A DNA stretch of 64,000 bases, taken from NCBI GenBank assembly GCA_023247035.1, contig JAHFHG010000002.1, forward strand, positions 12,090 through 76,089. Direction: 5' to 3'. The notes beneath the pieces were generated by a model, which ran no database searches, was not told the origin of the DNA, and worked only from the letters and a program-made list of their open reading frames with translations. Position numbers and translations under genes: made by a program. This document shows, one piece after another, positions 47,486-57,614 of this stretch. The first letter of the stretch is position 1; every line of letters begins with the position of its first letter. This stretch comes from Candidatus Omnitrophota bacterium (GTDB lineage Bacteria; Omnitrophota; Omnitrophia; Omnitrophales; Aquincolibacteriaceae).

Positions 47486-47954
47486 GGCCTCGCCCTTGTC
47501 TCCCAAAGGCTGCTTATTCTGCCGCCTGGATTCGGAAAAGCGAGACAAGAAGAATTACATTCTCAAACGCACCCGCCACAGTTTTGCGGTACTCAATCTC
47601 TATCCTTATAATAACGGGCATACCCTGATCGTGCCGCGCAGGCACGGGAGCAGAGTCGAGACGTTAAGCGCCGCCGAAAAGCTGGACTGGCTCGCTTTGC
47701 ACGACGAGATCCTGAATGCGCTCAAGCGGGCGATGAATCCGGATGGGTTCAATGTCGGCATCAATCTGGGGAAATCCGCAGGGGCAGGAATTCCGGATCA
47801 TCTTCATCTGCACATTGTTCCGAGATGGAGGGGAGACACCAATTTTATGCCCGTTTTGACAAAGACAAAAGTGATCTCGGAATCGCTGGACTCAGCTTAT
47901 GTTTTGATCGCAGCGCAACTGGGCCGGAAGGATCGAAAAAAGCGAGGCCGGTGA
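47439..47954 (+). CDS. HIT family hydrolase (Ap4A phosphorylase-like)
   Basis: LWAPWR, NLYPYNNGH, GFNVGINLG, HLHLHIVPRW.GDTNFM. Confidence 0.93.
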   Translation: MDQLWAPWRKAYIRPKASPLSPKGCLFCRLDSEKRDKKNYILKRTRHSFAVLNLYPYNNGHTLIVPRRHGSRVETLSAAEKLDWLALHDEILNALKRAMNPDGFNVGINLGKSAGAGIPDHLHLHIVPRWRGDTNFMPVLTKTKVISESLDSAYVLIAAQLGRKDRKKRGR

Positions 47955-47967
47955 TCGCCGATAAGCA

Positions 47968-49134
47968 ATGAATAAAACTGGGGCGATAGGACTGAAAGTC
48001 ACTCGTTTTGATTATCAAAAATATGAGGAAAATTTTCTAGCTCCTTATGCGGTTAAGAGTTCTCAAAGCAGGGGGCGGAAACATAAGGAAAAAGAGCACG
48101 AATTCCGCACCGCTTTTCAGCGTGACCGGGACAGGATCATTCACTCGACCGCCTTCCGCCGCCTAGAATATAAGACGCAAGTTTTTGTCAATCATGAAGG
48201 GGATCATTACCGCACGCGCCTGACCCACACGCTCGAGACCTCCCAAATCGCCAGAACCATTGGCCGCGCCCTCCGGCTTAACGAAGATTTGGTGGAAGCG
48301 ATTGCGCTGGCTCATGATTTGGGCCACGGCCCGTTTGGCCACGCCGGGGAATGGGCTTTAAGCGAACTGATGAAAAATCACGGGGGCTTTGAACATAATG
48401 TTCAGACCTTGAGGATTGTAGAAGAATTGGAAGACAGCTACGTTGATTTCCCCGGACTCAACCTTACCTTTGAAACCTTAGAAGGGCTTAAGAAGCATCC
48501 CGAGCGTTTTTACCGGCGCCGCGCCCAGCGCTTCAGATCTCTTGAAGCGGATATCGTGGATCTTGCCGATGAAATTGCCTATTCCAATCACGACCTTGAC
48601 GACGGTCTCCGTTCCGAACTATTGAGTGAGGCGAGCCTGCGAGACCTTCATTTATGGCGGGAGGCGGAGAAATATATTGGGAATAAATACGCTTCGTTTT
48701 CGTCTAGGACCCAGAAGAAACGCCTGACGATCCGCTTGATGATCAACCGCTTGGCCACGGACGTGGTCGAGCATTCGGTCAAGCAGATCCGGCGGCTCGG
48801 AATCCGCTCTTTGGATGACCTTCAGAAGACCCGACCTCCCGTCATTTCATTATCGGACACAGGCCGGCGCAGTTTGGCGGAGCTTAAAAGATTTCTTTAC
48901 CAAAATCTTTATCAAAACTACCGCGTCATCCGGATGACCGATAAGGGACAGAGGTTTTTAAAGGCTCTTTTTCAGATTTATCTTCAGAAACCCGAGCAGC
49001 TTCCGCCGGATGCGCTGATGCGCCGCAAAAAAGAGGGGATTCACCGGGCCATTTGCGATTATCTGGCGGGAATGACAGACCGCTTTGCCCTGGATGAATA
49101 TAAACGTTTTTTTGAGCCTTATGAGCGTGTGTAG
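47968..49134 (+). CDS. Deoxyguanosinetriphosphate triphosphohydrolase-like HD protein
   Basis: FQRDRDRIIHSTAFRRLEYKTQV, RTRLTH, AHDLGHGPFGH, DYLAGMTD. Confidence 0.93.
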   Translation: MNKTGAIGLKVTRFDYQKYEENFLAPYAVKSSQSRGRKHKEKEHEFRTAFQRDRDRIIHSTAFRRLEYKTQVFVNHEGDHYRTRLTHTLETSQIARTIGRALRLNEDLVEAIALAHDLGHGPFGHAGEWALSELMKNHGGFEHNVQTLRIVEELEDSYVDFPGLNLTFETLEGLKKHPERFYRRRAQRFRSLEADIVDLADEIAYSNHDLDDGLRSELLSEASLRDLHLWREAEKYIGNKYASFSSRTQKKRLTIRLMINRLATDVVEHSVKQIRRLGIRSLDDLQKTRPPVISLSDTGRRSLAELKRFLYQNLYQNYRVIRMTDKGQRFLKALFQIYLQKPEQLPPDALMRRKKEGIHRAICDYLAGMTDRFALDEYKRFFEPYERV

Positions 49135-49179
49135 GTTATAATCTACATATCATAATGTTATCCTATAGATATTAAAAGT

Positions 49180-50742
49180 ATGAATCAAAAACATAAAACA
49201 ACCGTTCTTGAACATTATCTGCTTCCGAACCCGGCGTGGCAGGAAGGCTATAAATCATTTAACCGCCTCTTTGGCCGTCCGCTGGGATGGCTTTTTCTTG
49301 TGGGAGAAGAAGGGGGCGACCTTCTGATCCGTCTTGACCGTAAAGGAGATTGTTCGTTCTACGCTAATTCTCTTTCGAACGCGGCCAGTTGCGAAGGGTT
49401 TCTTGTGAAATACAGTGAGCAGATGATGCAAAACGAGGAGATGATTAAAAAGCTGCCCTCCTTTTATAAATGTGCTTTTGGAAAAAATGGGGCCGTCTTT
49501 GCGTTGCAGCATCTTGAGCGCGTCAAAGGCTTTCTGATCCTTTGCGCTTTTAAACGCTCGGAAAAAGAAATCCGCGATCTTCTCGGCCCTTTTGACCATT
49601 TTTTAAAAAGCCACGTGGAGCTTGCCTATAAGACTTTTGAGCTCAACAATTTTTATGAGACCGTGCATCCCCGGGCGCTTGCTTTGTCGACGATCCATTC
49701 GGTGCACAGGGTCATCAGCTCCTCGCTGCGTTTAAATGAGCTTCTGCCGCGGATCGGCAGGTTGAGCGCGCAGGTCATGAAAGCCAAAGGGTGTTCCATT
49801 ATGCTGGTTGACTCCAATCACGAATTTTTATTTCCTTTTTTCTCGTTCGGAGATAACCGCAAATTTATTCACCGCCAAAGGCTCAGAATTGGAAGAGGCC
49901 TTGAGGGCCATATGGCCAAGACCGGTGACTTCCACTTGAGCCGGCGCTCAATCGCCGTGCCTTTTATCGACGACGATGTGGTCGGCGTGATCACGCTTTG
50001 GGATAAAATCGACAATCAGCCTTTTACAAAGACCGACCTTGAGATTCTCAAATCGCTTTCCGAGCAGGCCGTCGTCGCGATTAAAAACGCCCAGCTTTAT
50101 GAAGAAACCGAACAGTTGACCCTCGGAAGCATTAAGACCATCAACGAGCTTTTGGAATTAAATTTCGGCGTGGACCGGCGGCAGGTCCCGATTTTCGGCG
50201 AGGTGATTCTGGAAATCGGAAAAGAGTTGACCCTCTCCAGCCGGGAACTCGTGCAGCTTAGCCGGGCCGTGCTCCTTCTGGATACGGGGACTTTGGCGTT
50301 TCCTCAAGAAATTCTCCGGAAAAAAGGAAAGCTCACAAAAAAAGAATTTGAACTGATCAAAAGCATTCCTTTGCGCGGGGCGAATCTTTTGCGCTCGATT
50401 TCTTCCTTGAAACCGGTGATTCCGATCATTCTGCACCATCATGAACGTTATGACGGAAAAGGTTATCCTCAAGGGCTTCGCGGAGAAGAAATCCCTATTG
50501 GCGCACGGATTGTTTCTGTGGTAGACTCCTTCATCGCAATGATTTCGAAAAGTACTTACCGTGAGTCGATGACAATTGAAGAAGCCAAATCCGAAATCCA
50601 AGCCAATTCAGGAACACAGTTTGACCCGCACGTCGTGGAGTGTTTTATGAAGGTCGTTAGCCGGAAAGAAATTTTGGAGAAAGTTCATACCGTTCAAAAG
50701 CGGAACTCGAAAGAAGCCGGTAGTGGAGATCCGAAGAAATGA
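49180..50742 (+). CDS. PocR-like/GAF/degenerate HD-GYP domain protein
   Basis: GAF region; HHERYDGKGYP, IPIGARI, SGTQFDP; the HD dyad reads LD. Confidence 0.85.
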   Translation: MNQKHKTTVLEHYLLPNPAWQEGYKSFNRLFGRPLGWLFLVGEEGGDLLIRLDRKGDCSFYANSLSNAASCEGFLVKYSEQMMQNEEMIKKLPSFYKCAFGKNGAVFALQHLERVKGFLILCAFKRSEKEIRDLLGPFDHFLKSHVELAYKTFELNNFYETVHPRALALSTIHSVHRVISSSLRLNELLPRIGRLSAQVMKAKGCSIMLVDSNHEFLFPFFSFGDNRKFIHRQRLRIGRGLEGHMAKTGDFHLSRRSIAVPFIDDDVVGVITLWDKIDNQPFTKTDLEILKSLSEQAVVAIKNAQLYEETEQLTLGSIKTINELLELNFGVDRRQVPIFGEVILEIGKELTLSSRELVQLSRAVLLLDTGTLAFPQEILRKKGKLTKKEFELIKSIPLRGANLLRSISSLKPVIPIILHHHERYDGKGYPQGLRGEEIPIGARIVSVVDSFIAMISKSTYRESMTIEEAKSEIQANSGTQFDPHVVECFMKVVSRKEILEKVHTVQKRNSKEAGSGDPKK

Positions 50743-50789
50743 CCGCCGGAGTGGCGACGCAAAATCGTCCGTTTCAGACGGAGGTGCGG

Positions 50790-50957
50790 ATGAAAAAAAT
50801 TCGCATTGAGAGGCCTGAAATTTCCCCGGCAAGAAATCCCGGCCAAACCCCGGGGAAGAATCCTTTAGGGCCAGGATTTCTGGGGTTATTGATTCTTACG
50901 TACCTGATTTCGGCGGTTTGCCTTTGCTGGATTTTTTACGTCCGCTCGAAGTTTTAA
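50790..50957 (+). CDS. Small single-TM protein
   Basis: RBS ggaggtg, C-terminal hydrophobic helix. Confidence 0.6.
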   Translation: MKKIRIERPEISPARNPGQTPGKNPLGPGFLGLLILTYLISAVCLCWIFYVRSKF

Positions 50958-50963
50958 ACCCGT

Positions 50964-51656
50964 TTGACCTCTCCGCAGAAGAGAGAAGGTTTTCTTTTGG
51001 ATGAAGCAGCCCGGATATTTTTAAGGCGGAATTTCCTTTTTTTTATTCTGGGCGCTGCGCTCTTCGGATGCTCCGGAAAGTCCGGCAGCCTCGAAGCCCT
51101 CAATAGGCAGCAGGCCGCGACCCTCCAAAGCCTTCATCATGAAATAGGCCGTTTGAATGCCGAACTTGAGTCCCTCCTTCAGTCCCGCGAAGAATTAGCG
51201 AAAACCAAATCCGACTTAGAAAAAAAATTACGCCAAGAACTGGCTTCCGGGAATCTTTCTGTCTCGATGCAGGATCGCGGGCTGGTCGTTACGGTTCTGG
51301 ACCGCGTTTTATTTGATTCCGGAAAGGCGGAGCTCAAAACGTCTTCCCTTAAGACGCTGGATAAGGTTGCGGAGATATTGGGCCAAAAAGTCCGCAAAAA
51401 CAGGGTTTATGTCGAGGGACACACCGATAACGAACCCATCCATCGTTCGGGGTGGCGCTCGAATTGGGAGCTTTCCGCGGCGCGCGCGACCGAAGTCATC
51501 CACTATTTTGTGGATGTGAAAAAACTCGATCCGGGGCGTCTGGCCGCAACGGGATATGGCGAGTTTTATCCGGTGGCGGAGAACAAAACCGAGAATGGGC
51601 GCCTCAAAAATAGGCGGGTCGAGATCGTCATTTCGCCTAAAAAGATCGGCAGTTAA
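50964..51656 (+). CDS. OmpA/MotB-family peptidoglycan-binding lipoprotein
   Basis: LFGC lipobox-like, coiled coil, LFDSGKA, EGHTDN, SNWELSAARA, NRRVEI. Confidence 0.88.
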   Translation: MTSPQKREGFLLDEAARIFLRRNFLFFILGAALFGCSGKSGSLEALNRQQAATLQSLHHEIGRLNAELESLLQSREELAKTKSDLEKKLRQELASGNLSVSMQDRGLVVTVLDRVLFDSGKAELKTSSLKTLDKVAEILGQKVRKNRVYVEGHTDNEPIHRSGWRSNWELSAARATEVIHYFVDVKKLDPGRLAATGYGEFYPVAENKTENGRLKNRRVEIVISPKKIGS

Positions 51657-52177
51657 TGCTTCAAGAGCGGAGCCTATCCCGCAGGATTGTAAAAAAGGCA
51701 TTTCCCTTTCTAGGGCTTGCGGCTGCGGCCCTTTTTTTTATTCTGCCCGCCGCCGGCTTGTGGGTGGAGCGGGAATTGCAGGCCCGCTTAAAAATCGAGC
51801 TTCATGGAAAATTCGAGCCCGTTCTCTTTTCGCCTTCTTTTTACCTGCGCCATCTCGAATTCGTTTGGAAAGGAAAAGTGAAATTGATTTCCGGAGACCT
51901 TCAAGTGAAATACCGCTTGGGCGGGCTCCTCACGAAGAACGCCCTTCGCCTGGAACTCAAAGGAAAGAATTTGGAGGTTGAATTTTTAGACGAGTGGGCG
52001 GCCGCTCAAGGAATTGAAAAGGTAACCCTGCGATCCTTTTATGCGGATTTGGATCTCGGTCCTGAAGGCTTAAGAGAAATTTTTGCCCTTGATGCCGAGG
52101 CCCCTTCATTTCAGTTTCGAATCCAAAGAACCGAAAATAATGACAAATCACTTCCGTCTCGCGGAGAAAAGGTGTGA
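51656..52177 (+). CDS. Hypothetical membrane-anchored beta-rich protein
   Basis: TAATG coupling upstream, GTGA overlap with murE; N-terminal TM. Confidence 0.65.
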   Translation: MLQERSLSRRIVKKAFPFLGLAAAALFFILPAAGLWVERELQARLKIELHGKFEPVLFSPSFYLRHLEFVWKGKVKLISGDLQVKYRLGGLLTKNALRLELKGKNLEVEFLDEWAAAQGIEKVTLRSFYADLDLGPEGLREIFALDAEAPSFQFRIQRTENNDKSLPSRGEKV

Positions 52178-53658
52178 AACTCGGCGCGTTGTTCCAAGAT
52201 GTTCCTGTCCTTGAAAAAATCCACTGGGATCCCCATCGTTCCATAAAAAAAATCACTTCCGATTCGCGCGCGATCGAACCCGGAGATATTTTTGTGGCTT
52301 GTCCCGGTTCCCGGATGGACGGGCACGATTTTCTCGGCCAAGCTGTTTTGGCGAAGGCTTCGGCCGTTATTTTTGAGCGAATGCCGGAGATAAATCTTCC
52401 CAGCCGCGTGACGGGACTGAGAGTGGAGAATTCACAGGCTTGCCTGGCCGAAATTCTAAATCGTTTTTACGATTACCCGGACCGCAAAGTAAAGCTCGTG
52501 GGAGTGACGGGAACGAACGGTAAAACGACGATTGCTTATCTTTTGCACCAGATCCTTCGGGAAAAGGCGCGGGCCGCCTATGTTGGAACGCTTTGGTATG
52601 AGCTTCCGCACGGGAAGATTCAAGCTCCCAATACCACACCCGGCGCGGAGGTTCTTATTCCTCTTTTAAAACAGATGCAGCACGAACGGGTGGCCCATTG
52701 CGTGATGGAAGTATCCTCTCACGCGCTTGAGCAGCGGCGGGTTCACGGCCTTGAATTTGAGCTCGCCATTTTCACCCAGCTCACCCGGGATCACTTGGAT
52801 TATCACAAGGATATGGAGCATTATTTCCAATCCAAGCGTCTTTTATTTTCCAGCAAGCCCTTCCCGCGCCAAATCCTCATAAACAAGGATTGCCTTTACG
52901 GACAGCGGCTCCTCGAGGAGCATCCCAACGCAAAAAGCGTGAGTTTAAAAGGCCCTGCGGATTATGAGGTCGTCTCCTTTTCTCCTTCCTTTCAAGGCAG
53001 CCAGTTCCGGCTCCGCTTTAAAGGAAGGGAAGTCCCTTTTCATATCCGCCTTCCGATGCGGCATAATGTGGCCAATGTGGCAACCGTTTTAGCGGCCCTT
53101 CATCTTATGGGTTTGGATCCCGAAGAGTTTCGAGGGGTTTTATCCGAAATCCACGGCATCCCCGGACGGATGGAGGCCGTTTCAACGCTGGAGGAAAACT
53201 TTCAAGTTTTCGTCGACTACGCGCACACCCCGGACGCGGTCGAAAATGTCCTCTCCGAGGCGAGAAAACTGAATCCGAAACGGGTGCTGGCCCTTTTGGG
53301 CTGCGGCGGCGACCGGGACCGGGGTAAACGCCCGCTTATGGCTCAAATGGCGTGCCGTTATTCCGACATTGTCATTTTTACTTCCGATAATCCCCGTTCC
53401 GAAGATCCCGAAGCCATTTTGAGGGAGATTCAAAAAGGGGTCCCCGCCGCGGGCAAAGCAATCCAAGTGATCGAAATCCTCGACCGGCATGAAGCCATTG
53501 AAAAATTAGTCAGTTTGGCGGAACCGGGCGATGTCCTATTTGTTTTAGGTAAAGGCCACGAAAACTACCAAATCATCGGCGACAAAAAAAATCCTTTCGA
53601 TGATCGCCTGGTCGTCCAGGAATGCCTTAAAAGGAAAAGCGGTGTTTTCCTTTCTTGA
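52174..53658 (+). CDS. murE: UDP-MurNAc-tripeptide synthetase (DAP-adding)
   Basis: GVTGTNGKTT, MEVSSH, DHLDYH, DYAHTPDA, DNPR. Confidence 0.96.
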   Translation: MKLGALFQDVPVLEKIHWDPHRSIKKITSDSRAIEPGDIFVACPGSRMDGHDFLGQAVLAKASAVIFERMPEINLPSRVTGLRVENSQACLAEILNRFYDYPDRKVKLVGVTGTNGKTTIAYLLHQILREKARAAYVGTLWYELPHGKIQAPNTTPGAEVLIPLLKQMQHERVAHCVMEVSSHALEQRRVHGLEFELAIFTQLTRDHLDYHKDMEHYFQSKRLLFSSKPFPRQILINKDCLYGQRLLEEHPNAKSVSLKGPADYEVVSFSPSFQGSQFRLRFKGREVPFHIRLPMRHNVANVATVLAALHLMGLDPEEFRGVLSEIHGIPGRMEAVSTLEENFQVFVDYAHTPDAVENVLSEARKLNPKRVLALLGCGGDRDRGKRPLMAQMACRYSDIVIFTSDNPRSEDPEAILREIQKGVPAAGKAIQVIEILDRHEAIEKLVSLAEPGDVLFVLGKGHENYQIIGDKKNPFDDRLVVQECLKRKSGVFLS

Positions 53659-55054
53659 TGCGTCCCGCGCCCTGGGCATTGAACTGCAGTTTCCCGACCC
53701 TCGTTTTTCTTTCATTTCAGGGGCCTCGATAGATTCCCGGACCATCGAACGCGGTGAACTTTTTGTCGCTTTGCGGGGAAGCCGTGACGACGGACACCGT
53801 TTTCTTGCCGACGCTTTTCGCAAAGGGGCGTCCGGCGCGCTGATTGAAAAAAGTTTTTTTTCCTTCAAACAAAAAGAGCTGGCCCAAGCGCCTGTCCTTT
53901 ACAGGAATCTCTTGCTCGTGGCCGATCCTCAATCCGCCTTGGTGGATCTCGCCGCGCACCTTCGCCGTTTCTACCATCCTCTGACGGTCGGCATTACCGG
54001 CAGTGTCGGAAAAACGAGCGCCAAAGAATTTTTAAATTATCTCTTGGATAAAAAATTCAAAGTCCTTTCGAGCGCGGGCAATTTTAACAATCACTTGGGG
54101 CTTCCGCTCACCCTTTTGAGATTGAAGCCGGACCACCGGATTTGCATTGCCGAGCTCGGCGCGAATCACAAAGGAGAAATCCGTTGCTTGGCGAACCTTC
54201 TCATGCCGCAGCACGCGATCATTACCCGCATTTCTCCCGCCCATCTGAGCGGCTTCGGGTCGATGGAGGGAATTTATGAAGCGAAATTGGAAATCCTGGA
54301 ACCGCTGCCGGACGGCGCGGGGGTCGTTCTTCCCTATGAAGACCGACTGCTCTTCGAACGGGTCAGAAAGCGGAATGTCAAAATTCTGACCGTCGGACAT
54401 TCGTCGAACGCCGACTATTGCATTGAAAATGTAGCCGTCCGGAATTCGTGTGTAAGCTTCGAGCTGAACGGCCGGAGTTTTGCTTTTCCGGGTGTCGCAG
54501 GTTTTCTTGCAATCAACGCGGCAATGGCCATTGCAATGGCCGGACATATAGGCGTTTCTCCGGGAGAAATTCCGGAACGCTGGAGTGACCTGCGGCTGCC
54601 TGAAGGGCGTTTCCAGGAGCGGCATTTGGATCAGGATATCCGGGTGATTTACGACGGATACAATGCCAGCCCGGCTTCCTTTGAAGCGGCCCTTGACGCC
54701 TTTGAGATGATTGAGGCGACGGGCAGAAAATTTTTAGTCTTTGCGGATATGCTTGAATTGGGGGACGAGGCTTTCAAGTACCACGAAAGACTCGGCCGGA
54801 GGGCCTCGCGTTTTCCTCTGGATTATGCGGCGGCCTATGGGCCGAATGCGAAAGTAAGTATTGACGCCATTCGCCGGGAGAATCCGCTGATTCGGGCTGA
54901 ACACTTTGAGCGCGCCGAAGACGTAGCTGCATTTTTGCGGGATCAAATCCGCGCCGGAGACATCCTGCTTTTGAAGGCCTCGCGCGGCATGAAGATTGAC
55001 GAAGTTTTAGAATTCCTGGATCAGAAAAAATTGACCGCTCCGCCGCAGGGCTGA
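53642..55054 (+). CDS. murF: UDP-MurNAc-tripeptide--D-Ala-D-Ala ligase
   Basis: IDSR, GITGSVGKTS, NNHLGLPLTL, YNASP, DMLELG, KASRG. Confidence 0.95.
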   Translation: MFSFLDASRALGIELQFPDPRFSFISGASIDSRTIERGELFVALRGSRDDGHRFLADAFRKGASGALIEKSFFSFKQKELAQAPVLYRNLLLVADPQSALVDLAAHLRRFYHPLTVGITGSVGKTSAKEFLNYLLDKKFKVLSSAGNFNNHLGLPLTLLRLKPDHRICIAELGANHKGEIRCLANLLMPQHAIITRISPAHLSGFGSMEGIYEAKLEILEPLPDGAGVVLPYEDRLLFERVRKRNVKILTVGHSSNADYCIENVAVRNSCVSFELNGRSFAFPGVAGFLAINAAMAIAMAGHIGVSPGEIPERWSDLRLPEGRFQERHLDQDIRVIYDGYNASPASFEAALDAFEMIEATGRKFLVFADMLELGDEAFKYHERLGRRASRFPLDYAAAYGPNAKVSIDAIRRENPLIRAEHFERAEDVAAFLRDQIRAGDILLLKASRGMKIDEVLEFLDQKKLTAPPQG

Positions 55055-55154
55055 TGATTTTGATTTAAAAGTCGGCGGCCGCATAAGCCGGCGCCGGCTT
55101 CATTGAAAATATTGAAAATCAGGTTATCTTTCGGTTTTCGGACTTAGAAATAAA

Positions 55155-56240
55155 ATGTTTTATTTTTTATACCCTCTCAAAGACATCTCGATTGTTTTCA
55201 ATCTGTTCCGTTACATTACGGTCCGTTCAGCAGGAGCGAGCATTACGGCCTTTCTTCTGTCTTTGTGGCTTGGGCCGCGCATCATTGCGTGGCTGAAAAA
55301 AGTGAATGTGACCCAGAATCAAAAGCGCGAGTACGCCGAATCGATCCATACCTTTTATGCCCATAAAGAAAAAGTCCCCACGATGGGCGGCGTTTTGATT
55401 GTGGCGGCCGTAGTCATTTCAATGCTCCTCTGGGGAAATCTCACGAACTGGTTTGTCTGGATTCTGATCGGGACCATTACGAGTTTCGGCGCCGTCGGTT
55501 TTCTTGACGACTGGATCAAACTGCGCTCCCGAAGCTCGCGCGGCTTAGGTTCGCTTACGAAAGTCGTGGGCCAGCTTGTGATCGGAGTCGCCGTCGGGCT
55601 TTACCTTTATATGGATCCGGTTTTTGACAAATGGCTTTATTTTCCCTTCTTTAAAAAAGGGGCGATTTATCTGAGCGTCTTTTTTATCCCTTTTGTCGTC
55701 CTGGTCCTGGTCGGCTCGTCGAACGCCTTAAATTTGACGGACGGTTTGGACGGACTCGCCATCGGATGCACGCTTTTTACTTCCATTTCGCTGGGAATTA
55801 TCGCTTATCTGGTGGGGCGTGTCGATTTCGCTTCCTACCTTTCAATCCCTTATATTCCGGCCGCTGGAGAGATTGCAGTTTTTGCGGCGGCCCTGATCGG
55901 AGCCAGCGCGGGATTCCTATGGTTTAATTGTTATCCTGCCGAAGTCATGATGGGTGATACGGGATCTCTGGCGCTCGGGGGCGCCATCGGAACCATTGCC
56001 GTGATGACCAAGAAGGAAATGGTCCTCGTCATTATCGGCGGAGTGTTTGTGTGGGAGGCCCTTTCGGTGATCCTTCAGGTGGCAAGTTTTAAACTGTTTC
56101 ACAAAAGGATTTTTCGAATGTCTCCCTTTCATCATCATTTGCAGCTCAAGGGGTGGGCGGAATCCAAAGTGACGATCCGCCTTTGGATTATCGCGTTGAT
56201 TTTGGCTGTCGTGGGATTGAGCACCCTGAAGGTTCGCTGA
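55155..56240 (+). CDS. mraY: Phospho-N-acetylmuramoyl-pentapeptide transferase
   Basis: PTMGG, GFLDD, NLTDGLDGL, MGDTGS, PFHHH. Confidence 0.97.
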   Translation: MFYFLYPLKDISIVFNLFRYITVRSAGASITAFLLSLWLGPRIIAWLKKVNVTQNQKREYAESIHTFYAHKEKVPTMGGVLIVAAVVISMLLWGNLTNWFVWILIGTITSFGAVGFLDDWIKLRSRSSRGLGSLTKVVGQLVIGVAVGLYLYMDPVFDKWLYFPFFKKGAIYLSVFFIPFVVLVLVGSSNALNLTDGLDGLAIGCTLFTSISLGIIAYLVGRVDFASYLSIPYIPAAGEIAVFAAALIGASAGFLWFNCYPAEVMMGDTGSLALGGAIGTIAVMTKKEMVLVIIGGVFVWEALSVILQVASFKLFHKRIFRMSPFHHHLQLKGWAESKVTIRLWIIALILAVVGLSTLKVR

Positions 56241-56242
56241 AG

Positions 56243-57544
56243 ATGAAGGTTCCGGGACAGAAGGTAGCGATCCTAGGGCTCGGGGTGAGCGGGTATGAAA
56301 GCGCGCGGTTTCTTTTTGATAGGGGATTTCATCTTTTCGTATCGGATCAAAGCCAAACTCCTTTGCTTCAAGACCGGGCCCAAGGCTTGCGGCAAAAGGG
56401 GATCGAAGTGGAAACCGGCCGCCACAGCTTAGACCGCATTCTTAGATCCGACTGGGCGCTGATTTCTCCCGGCATAGCGCCTTCTTCGTCTGTTTATCAG
56501 GCCATTTGTGAAAAGGGGCTGCCGGTTTTTAGCGAGATTGAAGCGGCAAGCTGGTTTTGCCCGTCCCCAAAAATTATTGCGGTCACCGGATCCGCAGGCA
56601 AGACTACCGTTACGACGCTTCTCGCGCAGGCCACCCAAAAAGCATTTGGCGCTTCCTTTCTCTGCGGCAATATCGGCAATCCCTGGATCGGCGAGCTGCA
56701 TAAAATTTCCAAGGAGGATTTCGTCGTCCTTGAAGTGAGTTCTTTTCAGTTGATGCACTGCGAAAGTTTTCGCCCGCAGGTCGGCGTTTTGCTTAATCTC
56801 AGCCCCAATCATCAGGACTGGCACCGGGATATGCGGGAATATGCCGGCGCGAAATTGAGGATTTTCCGGAATCAAACGGAAAATGACTTCGCTGTTTTGC
56901 GCTTTAAGGATCAGGAATGTTTCTTTCCAGAATTCCAAGGGGGAGGGAAGGCCGTTTATTTCGATAAAGAAACGGACAAAAATCCCAATGAAGCTGCGGT
57001 CTTTTGCGTGGCGCGGCTTCTCGGAATCGAGGATTCGATCGTCGAATCGGTCTTGAGGAATTTCGAGGGCATCGAGCACCGCCTTGAAAAGGTGGCGTCT
57101 TCAAAGGGGGTCAATTATATCAACGACTCGAAGTGCACAACTCCGGCCTCACTCGCCTGGGCCCTCCAAAAATTTCCGGACGGGAGCGTCATTCTTTTGG
57201 CCGGGGGGCATCCGAAATCCAATGATTTCGATACGGTCAAAGATCTGGTTCATAAAAAAGTGAAACTGGCCTTGCTTCTCGGGGAGGCCCGGCTCCTGCT
57301 CCGCCGAGCCTGGCAGAAAGTTTGTGATTGGGATGAGGCGGAAAGTTTTCAAGAGGCGGTCTATAAAGCGCATTCGGCGGCGCGCGGCGGGGATACCGTG
57401 CTTCTTTCTCCGGCCTGCGCGAGTTTCGATATGTTCAAAAATTACCAGGAACGCGGAGCGGTATTTAAAAAATTGGTTCTCGAACTCACTGAAAGAAAAG
57501 GCGAAAGAAAAAACGATAAAGGGAAAATGACCGTTAAAAATTAA
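56243..57544 (+). CDS. murD: UDP-MurNAc-L-Ala--D-glutamate ligase
   Basis: GLGVSG, SPGI, TGSAGKTT, GNIG, EVSSFQL, HRLE, NDSK, SPACASFD. Confidence 0.95.
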   Translation: MKVPGQKVAILGLGVSGYESARFLFDRGFHLFVSDQSQTPLLQDRAQGLRQKGIEVETGRHSLDRILRSDWALISPGIAPSSSVYQAICEKGLPVFSEIEAASWFCPSPKIIAVTGSAGKTTVTTLLAQATQKAFGASFLCGNIGNPWIGELHKISKEDFVVLEVSSFQLMHCESFRPQVGVLLNLSPNHQDWHRDMREYAGAKLRIFRNQTENDFAVLRFKDQECFFPEFQGGGKAVYFDKETDKNPNEAAVFCVARLLGIEDSIVESVLRNFEGIEHRLEKVASSKGVNYINDSKCTTPASLAWALQKFPDGSVILLAGGHPKSNDFDTVKDLVHKKVKLALLLGEARLLLRRAWQKVCDWDEAESFQEAVYKAHSAARGGDTVLLSPACASFDMFKNYQERGAVFKKLVLELTERKGERKNDKGKMTVKN

Positions 57545-57614
57545 AAATAAAGTAAAAAAAGAAATTCTGAATTTGAAGTTTCACATTTTTCCGTCTTTCC
57601 TTTTGACTTAAATC

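Noticed and set aside
55069-55100. Hairpin between murF and mraY
   Set aside because: Ordinary intra-operon stem-loop; not clearly part of a repeat family.
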